In this document: positions 24,400 through 35,268 of the stretch, piece by piece | Layout: every line of letters begins with the position of its first letter | Position numbering within the stretch: position 1 is the first letter of the stretch | Assembly (NCBI GenBank): GCA_030390025.1 | Contig: CM059445.1 | Location: 9,362,001-9,426,000 of the forward strand | Length of the DNA: 64,000 bases | Source of the DNA: Squalus acanthias | Lineage: Eukaryota | Reading direction: 5' to 3' | Made by a program: the position numbers and the translations under genes | The notes under the pieces: generated by a model | What the model was told of the DNA's origin: nothing | The model's input: only the letters and a program-made list of their open reading frames with translations | Databases searched by the model: none

Positions 24400-25138
24400 C
24401 TGAAGGGATACCACAAGATCTGTAGCCCACCAGGGTTTTTTTTCTCTCCTTTTGCTGTGGTTTTTACCGCTTATGTAAACTATAGTTAAAAAGCACACAT
24501 GTACCTGATTGCGCAAGAGTCCTCACGGAGTTGGGGAATATCTTGAAACCTGCCCCAGTGACCATGGAACGCATTGTTAGCGCCAACCATGTGAAACGCT
24601 ACACGAACAGCGCACAGGTGTACACCATGTTTTGTGAACAGCATTCCTCATGTATGTTCTGACCAGAAATCCTTCATAAATTTTTAGATAGGTGAAGCAA
24701 ATTTCATTTGCCGGTAGTCAAGCGTTGATCTTTCGTTAAGACGAGAGGTAGAAAAAAAAAACCAATTCTGTTTTTTCCCCCAAGAAGAAAAACAATTTTA
24801 TCTCTGTTGAAGCTGCTTTATATTTTAAGTGCAACTCGAGCTCTTTTTATGGCTTTCAATGGTCATTGTCAGCATTATTGCACTTTTTTCTATGCAGCTT
24901 TAACAGACTAGCGCTAGAATTTCTTCCAAACATGTCGATCTTTTAACACCAGAAACTATTGGCAAAGGGCTCCAACTCCATTAATCTGGCAAACTGTGTG
25001 TATTGCAGTTGTATTTAGAAGTCACTGGTTGCCGCTTGGAAACTATCGTGTGTGGAGAGTAGGTGGGGCAGAGGGGAAATGGACAGTGCCAGCGCCAGGC
25101 TAGAAACAGGCTCAATTACTGAAAGAATTGACGCTAAC

Positions 25139-25261
25139 CTGTTTCGGAGTCGTTGCTCTCAGAGGAGCTGGAGTCACTGCTACTGTCTGACTCAGAAGAG
25201 CTGCTGCTGCTTCTCATTCTTGAGGGGCCTCCCACATCCATGCTTACGTCATGCTTCTCAG
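25139..25261 (-). CDS. brd4: BRD4 exon: SEED / C-terminal phosphorylation-site (CPS) region
   Basis: Hand translation: (A)[40 protein letters not shown]; compare human AEKVDV...SSSDSEDSET. ctttgtacag acceptor, CAG|gttagc donor, 123 nt, phase 1-1. Confidence 0.94.
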
Positions 25262-25911
25262 CTGTACAAAGAGAATTATCAAGTAAGTAAAATGGACAGA
25301 GTAATCCGCTCAAGCCTCAACATAACTATATTGCAACTAAACTTGCTTTACTTAAGCTCTTAAGTGTAACTTATCACCTTAGGGCTTTGTTTATTGCTAT
25401 TGATCAAAATTTTCATTAGCACTTGTTCTTGAGGCAATTACTTCATATTGTAGATTATATATCAAGCTCAGTCACAGTATCTGTAAAGTTTACATTTGTT
25501 TTTAAAATGGGCATTTTACTGTACAATCAAGTTCTGTACTTCAGACCTCCTTAAATAATTCACAAAAGAATCAGCCATATTGAAGTTTACCTGCTTAAAT
25601 GTCGTTTTTTTTTAAATATAAAAGTTAAACCACGTGTCATGCTCATTATTTACTGCACAGCACATTACGCCTCTCGTCAATGCGCTCACAATTCAGTGCA
25701 CAGCACATGAAGCTAGTATTGCTCCATCTCTCATTGTACAGCACAAGTAACCTGTATCATGTCATTCCTGTCCCATTAACACAAGCAAACTAACATATCC
25801 TCAGTCTCTATGAAATCACAAAACTCTGACATGTTTGACCCAGTTAATAGTTTTTCTTCTACTTTTTCCCCCAAACTTAAGTGGATTGGGAATAAACAAT
25901 AAGGAAATGAA

Positions 25912-25946
25912 GGCACGTGTAACACCACCCATCACTTACACGTGCC
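25912..25946. promoter_or_regulatory. Perfect 11-bp inverted repeat containing two CACGTG E-boxes
   Basis: GGCACGTGTAA, 13-nt loop, TTACACGTGCC. The structure is certain; any function is inferred. Confidence 0.45.
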
Positions 25947-27719
25947 AATTAGGGTAAATCTCCTTTGCAAATGAGCGTTAATTACAGGATATGCGCACAA
26001 CCTAAAATGTCAAACCCTTGGCTAACAACTTGACACTATTCATAGGTGAAGTATCACAAAAGAATCTCTCTCTCAGGCCACTCCAAATTCAGGAGACCTC
26101 ACTAACAAGATTCTTAGAAGAGTTAGTCTAAAGTCACATGACGGGTCAGTTATTCACATGAAAGTGAAAGATTTAAGTAACAGATCAGGTTTCTGGTGGA
26201 ATGTTGCTCAAAGCATTCACTCAGAAATCAGAGGGACGGCATCACATTGCTCTTGAACACTTCCTCACAGACTGGTAGGGGGAATAAGATAACCTGTTCC
26301 CCATTAAGGCCTGATGAAAACTTCATTATTTGGGCAAGTACTCTTCTGCATTAGAGTTAGATGAGGAAGGATGGGAGGGGGCTCAAGTGGAGTATAAACG
26401 CTGGCATGGACTGGTTGGGCCGAATGGCCTGTTTCTGTGCTGTATATTCTATGTATTTTTTTTAAACTTTGAATTACAAATAGGTTTGCAGTATTGCTAA
26501 CAATGGGAACATCACAGGGTGACAACATTTTCAGCTGAGTGATGGCTCCAGGACGTGTTCAGTTGATGTCAGCCACGGACTCGAGTCACATGAGCTTCGG
26601 AACCCAGTCAGCAAGATGAGTATTCTTCCTTTTAGATGCTGATCCAAATCAGCCAACCTTAAATAATTTGGAATACAAGACTGGAGCAGTAAGCAATGCT
26701 GATTCAACCCAGGGATCTTTGCCCAATATAAAATGATATGATGCAACAACGTTAGTCAGATTTCTCCAAGCATTTAGAAGTTCAATTGATTTGTATTTGA
26801 ATATCTTTCCCATCTAAAAATCTGACATTTTTGCTTTTCACAATGCTGGTGGCAATATAAATTCCATTAGCTTTAGCCACAACTTCCAAAAAATGTTACC
26901 CCAATATTTGTTAACCAAATATGGAATTATTAAATTTAATGCTGAGGTAAATACACACCCCACCCACTTTAGCAATTTCACATTCTGCATACCAAAAAGA
27001 GTTGGCATGTTATTAATATTTTGTTCATACTGGCTAAAAAGGGTCATCCGTGAAAATAAGTGTCCGCAATTTGGAAGATTTATTTCCACTGCAGAGTTAA
27101 AGGTCAGTCCCGCCACTGGCCTTTCGCCTTCAGTCATATGTCCTGTGGTTGTTGGGAATTTTAAGGCCAAATAGAGGCCAGAACCATGAGTGCACAACTG
27201 TTAGGTACCGATCTGGATCTGTGTTACAAAAAACCTCAAATCCCTACAGAAAGGATACCAAAGGAAGCGGGTGACGCGGTGGGTTTGGCACTGTCCTCAC
27301 CTGAGCCTGAATTCTACTCCCCAGCATTAATATCTCATCTCAAGCAGCTCAAAGTTCTTTTTTTTTTTTTAATTAAGAAAAGGTGCCATAAGGGACACCA
27401 TTTCAGAGTGCTCTTCAGCTCCAGCCTACATGCAGGATTACAAATTTTCAAGTTTGAGACAAAGCTCACAAACATTACGTTATAAATTATGAAAAAGTTC
27501 ACACCTCCCCGATAGATCCGTCGGGTAGCTGAGACCAGGAAGATCCCAGGTCTGATCCCGTCTGTGCTGAATTATTTGATCTCAGCCGTAGTGGCAATTG
27601 GGGTGTTACAACTGGCCTTAATGTTCCTGGATTAATGGGGACTGGGGGCAAGGGAAGTGACTAAGTCTCCCACACGAGATCACTATTTAGCACATTGGGC
27701 ATTTACCTATTTAGGTCAC

Positions 27720-29675
27720 CTTTTTTTTTTAAATGGAGAGAGACTAGTAAATGTTGGCATGTGTGAGATTCTTGTACACGAATCACAGAGAATTAACATG
27801 CAGGTACAGCAAGCAATTAGGAAGGCAAATGGGTATGTTAGCCTTTATTGCAAGGGGCTTGGGAGTATAAGAGTAAGGAAGTCTTGCTGCAATTATAAAG
27901 GGCTTTGGTAAGACCACACCTGGAGTACTGTGTACAGTTTTGATCTTCGTACCTAAGGAAGGATATACTTGCCTTAGAGGGGGTGCAACAAAGGTTCACT
28001 AGATTGATTTGTGGGATGAGAGGGCTGTTCTATGAGGAGAGACTGAGCAGACTAGGCCTATATGCTCTGGAGTTTAGAAGAGTGAGAGGTGATCTCATTG
28101 AAACATAAAATTCTTAGAGGTCTTGACAGGGTAAATGCGGAGAGGTTGTTTCCCCTGGCTGGAGAGTCGAGAACTAGGGTCATTTTTTTTTCCTCTTCGT
28201 TCATGGGATGTGGGCGTTGCTGGCAAGGCCAGCATTTATTGCCCATCTCTAATTGCCCTTGAGAAGGTGGTGATCCGCCTTCTTGAATCGCTGCAGTGTA
28301 TGTGGTGAAGGTGCTCCCACAGTGCTGTTAGGGAGGGAGTTCCAGGAGTTTGACCCAGCGACGATGAAGGAACGGCGATATATTTCCAAGTCAGGATGGT
28401 GCGAGAGACTTGGAGGTGGTGGTGTTCCCATGCACCTGCTGCCCTTGTCCTTCTAGGTGGCAGAGGTCACAGGTTTGGGAAGTGCTGCCGAAGAAGCCTT
28501 GGCGAGTTGCATCTTGTAGATGGTACACACTGCAGCCATGGTGCGTCGGTGGTGGAGGGAGTGAATGTTTAAGGTGGTGGATGGGGTGCCAATCAAGCGG
28601 GCTGCTTTGCCCTGGATGGTGTCGAGCTTCTTGAGTGTTGTTGGAGCTGCACTCATCCAGGCAAGTGGAGAGTATTCCATCACATTCCTTACTTGTGCCT
28701 TGTAGATGGTGGAAAGGCTTTGGGGAGTCAGGAGCCTCTGACCTGCTCTTGTTGCCGCAGTATTTATGCGGCTGGTCCAGTTAAGTTTCTGGTCAATGGT
28801 GACCCCCCAGGATGTTGATGGTGGGGGATTCGGCGATGGAAATGCCGTTGAATGTCAAGGGGCGGTGGTTAGACTCTCGCTTGTTGGAGATAAGTCATTG
28901 CCTAGCACTGGTGTGGCGCGAATGTTACCTGCCACTTATCAGCCCAAGCCTGAATGTCGTCCAGGTCTTGTTGCATGTGGGCATGGAATGCTTCATTATC
29001 TGAGGAGTTGTGAATGGCACTGAACACTGCAGTCATCAGTGAACATCCCCATTTCTGACCTTATGTTGGAGTGAAGGTCATTGAAGAAGCAGCTGAAGAT
29101 GGTTGGGCCTAGGACACTGCCCTGAGGAACTCCTGCAGCAATGTCCTGGGGCTGTGATAATTGACCTCCAACCACCACAACCATCTTCCTTTGTGCTTGG
29201 TATGACTTCAGCCAGTGGAGAGTTTCCCCCCCTCCCTCCCGATTCCCATTGACTTCAATTTTACTCTGGCTCCTTGATGCCACACTCGGTCAAATGCTGC
29301 CTTGTTGTCAAGGGCAGTCACTCTCACCTCACCTCTGGAATTCAGCTTCTTTGTCCATGTTTGGACCAAGGCTGTAATGAGGTCTGGAGCCAAGTCATAG
29401 TCTCAGGATAAGGGGTCAGCCATTTAGGACTGAGATGAGGAGGAGTTTCTTCAGAGGGTTATGAATCTTTGGAATTCTCTAACCAGAGGGCTGTGGATGC
29501 TCAGTCGTTGAGTATATTCAAGACTGAGATCAATAGATTTTTGGGCACTAAGAGAATCAAGGGATATGGGGATGCGGAGGAAAAGTGGAGTTGATGTAGA
29601 AGATCCATGATCTTATGATAACGAAGCAGGCTCGAGGAGCCATATGGACTACTCCTGCTCCTATTTCTTATGTTA
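27720..29675 (+). mobile_element. CR1 LINE 3' fragment split by a nested LINE (27720-28183 and 29394-29675)
   Basis: ORF2 sequence ...ggagagtcgagaactaggGTCAT resumes as GTCATagtctcaggataagggg...; ends in cctgctcctatttcttatgtt. Confidence 0.88.
28184..29393 (-). mobile_element. CR1/L2-clade LINE fragment (RT domain to 3' tail), nested
   Basis: ORFs 29208..29393 (VTALDxKAAFDRVWH), 28996..29283 ([13 protein letters not shown]...FTDD), 28453..28683 (MEYSPLAWM); GTCAT target-site duplication. Confidence 0.92.
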
Positions 29676-31559
29676 TTATTTCAAAAGTTTTTTTTTTGCT
29701 GAAAATAAAATACCCTTAAAGTTTTCTGGATTTGTATGGTTTGTCAGCGACGCCCACATCCCATGAATAAATGTACTTTCCAAAGGTATTATAATGAAGG
29801 AACTGCAATATATGTTAGAGTTTCCTTGTGCACCGAGGATTTCCCATGATTTTAGATGTCTATAAAAATCTAAAGAGGACGAGCTTAACAATGAAGACAA
29901 TATTTTACATTTATGCTGGAAAAGCTGCATTTACCACCCATCCCTAGTTCCTGGGCTACCTGATGGCTTGCTATGCAATTTCAGAGCGTATTAAAAGTCA
30001 ACATTGTAAAGTTGGACTGGAATCATGAGGCTGTCAGAGTAGATAGGGGGGCAGGTTACATTGCCTGACGGACATTATTAAATCAGTTGGGTTTTTACAA
30101 CAGTCCAACAGTTTTCATAGGGCACTTTTCCCAGTGACAGTCCACAAATGACCAGATTTACTGAATTTAATTTCACAACTTGCCGTGGTAGGAGTCAAAC
30201 ACAGGACCTCTGGGTTGCTAATCGAGGACCATAATCACTACACTACTGTATCCAATCAGTCTGAAATCATTATGCACAAGTATAATGACCAATATTTTAA
30301 TTGTCATTAACTGAAGAACAGCGACGTGTGAGGAACATTTTCTCCACTTCCTGTTCAGTGCCAACAAGCTGTAAACTTCATTGAGTTATCAACAGGTAAC
30401 AGGCCAGAAATGGTTTCTTCACACTGCCTCAAAGTATGTTAAGCAGTGCAGTGAGCGCAAACCACCGACAAAGCAAACAAAGTGCAAACTCAGCTATTAG
30501 GTTACAGACGTTGCCATGTTCACTGATAAAGTAGTGCAGGCTGTACATGGGAGTTCCAAGCTTGTCCTTCAACCTAGATTAGCAATGTTTCACTGTATGT
30601 GAAAAGTAACTTCAGCCGACAAGGTTCATCAGCGGGCTGTTCCTTTCTCTATCACATGACACATGCAGACAGTTTCACTGATTGTTGAAGTCAGTGCCTG
30701 TTGCTCTAGATATAAAGCACAGGGCAGCAGGGTCATTGAAAAGTATTGGTAAATCAGAATTTGGATGTATGTATAGGAGCAAGTGTTAATGAGCATTTCC
30801 CTCAGTGTATTGCTAAGTCAGAGCCTGCTGAATGTCTACGTGCATTGGGTTAGATAGGTATGACAAATTCATCCCTAAAGTATCGCACGATATAGTACAC
30901 ACAATGACACAGTGAAGTTCCATGCCACAATGGTGTGCCAACACACTACACCAAGGAGAGAAGTATGCCTCTAGGTCCAACATTTCAGTTTTGGCTGCAC
31001 AGTCTGGGGAGTGCATGGAACAACGCTTTGTACTTTTGCCCAATGACTATTCTAAAAACAATAGGTGAATCATTCCAGGACACTCCTGGTCACCACCCTA
31101 ACAGTCAGCTCAAAGCAACACAAGACTAATGAGCAAGTCTCCTGTCCATTCTCAGTAAGGCAATGGTGCACGGGTCATGAGATGGCTTTAATATTAACGG
31201 TAATCATCAAGGCCAGCGGTTGTCAAAAAAAAAATTCTAAAAATTTGCAGCAACTGTAATCATGCTCTCCATCTATATTTGTATATTACACTTATCTGTC
31301 ACACACCAGACATCGCAGTCACAGATGCAGAACAATCTTTAACAATGAAAGCCCATCATTGACCTGGAGCCTGAAACTTACAAGCAGTTGCAGATGATTG
31401 CCCTCAGCAAGTAGCTCCAATTACCTGGATTAGCCTATTTAGAGCAGTGGCCCTAAAGGCACAAGCCAGGTTAGCAGCTAAACACATGCACGGCCCAGAC
31501 CCAAGACGCCTGTGGAGCAACACCATCAGGAACCCATTCAACCATTGGGAAAAGACAAT

Positions 31560-32040
31560 ACTCCCAAGATTAGGCTCCTGTGATCAGATAGGTGTTGAAA
31601 ACCAGACTGTGTTCATGTTGGCAGAGGCTCTTCTTTTCCACAGAGGGTAGTCAGCCTATGGAACAAGTTGCCAGCTCGTAAGGTGAGTGCGAATTTGCTG
31701 CATACCTTTAATAAGAGAGCTTGACTCGTTCCTGGCTGGGGTGGAGATCACAGCATATAAAATGTAAGTGGAATACTAAGTAATATTAATCATGGCCAAT
31801 GTGGTCCCCTGGACTAGTTTTGATCAGCTAAAGATGTCAGAGAAATTTTCCAGATTTTTTCTTCTACTGGCACGGGGGATTTAAAAAACATTTTTTTTGC
31901 CTCACCCAGGAGATTACATGATTGCTGATGGGATGGGGGTCGTTGTGAATCATGGTAATTCAGGCATCACAACTGTATGGAGCAGGCCCGAAGGACCAGC
32001 TGGTATTTTCCACTTCTTCAATGTCATGTGTTCATATGAA
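31560..32040 (+). mobile_element. Diverged CR1-like 3' fragment
   Basis: ttcttttccacagagggtagtcagcctatggaacaagttgcc (F.QRVVSLWNKLP) plus tail. Boundaries approximate. Confidence 0.6.
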
Positions 32041-34227
32041 CATAGGAGATTTCAGCAATTGAAAAAGGTCAGTTGACCCAACGTGCCCATGTCTTTGATT
32101 GATCACAACCCTGTCTTCCCATCCATCGCATTTCCCAAAATACATCCAGATATCAAAACCACTCTTTTCTAGAATCTACCCTGATCATTTATTCCTTGTA
32201 TCGATTACCCTCCATGAGAAATAGCTCCACCGAATTCCTTATTTATTACTAATTATTAAATTGTATCCCTTATTTTTCCAACCCTCTCCTCGTGACAATT
32301 TACCTGAATCAAATTTATCAATTCATGAATTTGGAAACTTCCATTCCATTAATTCACAAAGTCTCTTTTTCCCCAAACCTTCCCTCATATAACCAATAAC
32401 CACATTGGAGTCACTGCAGAGCATGAATGAACAGCAACACTGCCATGTATCATAAGAGATATCCTTAGATCATGGTAAACTAAGGTTTAGTACATCAAGC
32501 TTTTCCTTAAAACCTTCACTTCCTTTGTTCTAATTTTCTCCTTCTCTTGAAGGCTCACTGGAGTATGGTTCCAGCCACCCTCCCATATCTTCTCCAAGCA
32601 GCCATTTTTCATGATTGAGCATCAATACCAAGGGTTAACAGATTATTTGACAGTGGGCACATACAGCCAAACCTGATCCTTTCCTCTCTGCGCACACACT
32701 TGGCGTCAGGAGTGACTGGAAAGCGATCTGGAGCAGGAGCCCCCGGCTGGCTTTCAAACCATATGTAGCCATGGGGCAGGAAGCCAATTGCAGCATTCTC
32801 ACTGCCACCCAGGCTGGGATAAGGTAGCTTAGCACAGGCCTGGAACTGAAGTTGGAAGACAAGTGAAAGAAAACCTTAGGGACTGCACCAAAGGCCATCT
32901 TAATCTACAAAAGCAAATTCCAAAAAATTCACAGTCACATGGTCAGCAAGTTTCAATTTTGAACTATAGCTCATGCTTCTGAATTCCTTTTTTGTGGTGG
33001 GGGTAGGGGGAGGGGTTAGAGACTGAAATTAGTTCTCTCTGCCATATTGGGTAAAGGCAGTGCCTGGTGATTTGCTCCGTGTGGACCACAGGTCCCAGGC
33101 TGGATTTCCAGTCTAAGCAGATTTCAACAAGGTCAGCAGTTATAATTTATCTTCGTGTCCCTGAGCAGAGTAGGAGGAGGAGGAGGAGGAGGAAAGGGAG
33201 AGGGAGAAAAAGTCAGCTGGGGTTTCTGCTCAGAATTGCATTGCAGTGAATTCTAATGGAACTCCAGCAGCTTGCCAACGCCCTGGGTTCAAACACTTAA
33301 AACTTGGGCGAGGGGGTCTTCGGCCCGCCAGTGCCAAACGCAACAGTGCTGCAGAAAGTCAGTGCCCTCAGGATATAGGGGAAAAGAAAATTAAAAAAAC
33401 ACATAACCTCATGCTCTCGATTTCATTTCCAAAATGCCACAAATTACTCGGAATTTTGCAACACCGAAGACGACCAGATAAGCTCCAGTTACCTAGGAAA
33501 CCAGTCGCCTGATCTCACCAGTTCTACACAAACAAGGTTGTGATTTTGCATCACAAGAAACGCAAGAAGCTATGTGGAATGCCTCAAACAGGCTTTAACT
33601 GGACAGCCCTATCTACAGAAGAGATAAACCTCAACCTTCGAAATGACTCCCAAGTAAGTGAGTGCCTCTGTATTGCCGTGATAACTGGGAACAATGAAAA
33701 CAGTCAGGAGTTTCATTAGCTTGTGACCAGCCACCTGCAGGGAGTGAAATATCCTCCAATCTTTTGGAAGTCAGGAGTGGAGGAGGAGGAAAAACCCTGG
33801 TGGGATACAATGCATCACAGTTCACTGCTAAATACAGTGCGATTTTAAATTCAGTATCGAAAGTTGGAGCAATGTCTAGCTCATACCTGGAAAGAGTCTA
33901 TAAACACATTCTGGAAAGGAGAACTGGGTTAAAGGTCTAAAAACAAATATCACAAATACTAGCAACATTCACCCTTATAAATAAACAGCAACGAGAGCTG
34001 CAGCCTTATAATAACCATTAGTAGGAACATCCCACTTTGCGGCCTTAGGAGGCTGTGTATAAAGTGTGAAATGCTTCACAAAATCTCCAAAGATCCCGCA
34101 CTGGCCAAATGAAGGGAGCAGTAGTGTAGTATAAATGCTTCTAAAGTGCAAAACGTTGAAAATAGACGATTTCAATAAAAGATAAATAATACACTGTCCA
34201 TACTGGGCTCAAGTTATTTTTTTCGGC

Positions 34228-34253
34228 GGGGGGGGGGGGGGGGGGGGGGGGGG
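34228..34253. repeat. Poly-G tract (26 nt)
   Basis: Direct count. Similar tracts at 4470-4490, 18155-18174 and 23639-23656. Confidence 0.9.
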
Positions 34254-35148
34254 AAACGAGAAAGAAATACGTTTTATCAAGTTATGGGATATCACAATGT
34301 TGAGATTGCTACATTAATTCTCTTTTAGTATCAAATGCTCAAATCATTAGTTGTTGGGTTCGGGGTGTATACAGTACCTTTATCACATAGGACTCTTACA
34401 GCCAGAAAAAAGGTGGCTTTAATCCCACCAGTCTGGTCTAGACTCAAACTCAGATTGGCAATAGGATAACGCTCGGACTCAGTTCATCACCGGTTTCCTG
34501 CTTTAATGTTAAATATTTTGTAAACAAATAATGCTAGATTGGCAGGGATCATCATTTCGATTAATTGTTAGTTATTTTCAGGGGCAACATTTTAACTGAG
34601 GAATGATTCAAGTTGAAGCAGCAGCAGCTTTTCCTGAATTGGTGCAGATTGTTCATTATAGACAGAACACAGGGCCATGTAGACACATCTCTATTCACAG
34701 CACAATTTCAGAAAATTAAAACATCTTACCCTCTGCCTATAATTAAATTCTTGAATGGAAAAAAAATTGTGCGACATTAGCTGTAGTGCATAACCTAAAT
34801 TAAACATTTATTTATAATCGTTTTCAGCCCATTAAACCACAAATATTGATGAGATTTACCACCATACCTCTCAACTGTACTGTTTCAGAATCACCGTGCC
34901 CAAATACGAAGCTGCACCACTGAGCAAAGTAGCAGCGGAATGCAACATAGCAAAATCAGCCGATTCGACAGAGAGCCGCACTCCCTCCCCAAGCACGAAC
35001 CTGAATTCCGCCATTCAACACGGTGCAGTTTGAGAGGTATGTTCACCACAAAAATCAAGGCTATTACATATATGTACAAATTGATTTTAGCCTTGGCCCC
35101 AGCCTATTTCACCTAAGGATCTACTTCACAAGGTTGCACTACACCAAC

Positions 35149-35268
35149 CTTTTCTGCCTGGTTTCTTCCCAGAGCTCAGCTGGCCGCTAACGTCATGTAA
35201 CCTGGTATCCAGCTCACTCTTCGAGTCTAGCTGGAGGTCATCGTTCGATTTCCCTGGGACTTTTTTCA
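35149..35268 (-). CDS. brd4: BRD4 extra exon encoding a BRD2/BRD3-type post-ET coiled-coil motif (possibly a cassette exon)
   Basis: (V)[39 protein letters not shown]. tgtttgcag acceptor, AAG|gttggt donor, 120 nt, phase 1-1, no stop. Aligns to BRD3 ...[34 protein letters not shown] and lies at the equivalent position between ET and SEED exons. Confidence 0.88.

Noticed and set aside
32520-33390. Inverted pair of old SINE-like repeats as a dsRNA hairpin near the coiled-coil exon
   Set aside because: The copies look too diverged to pair stably.
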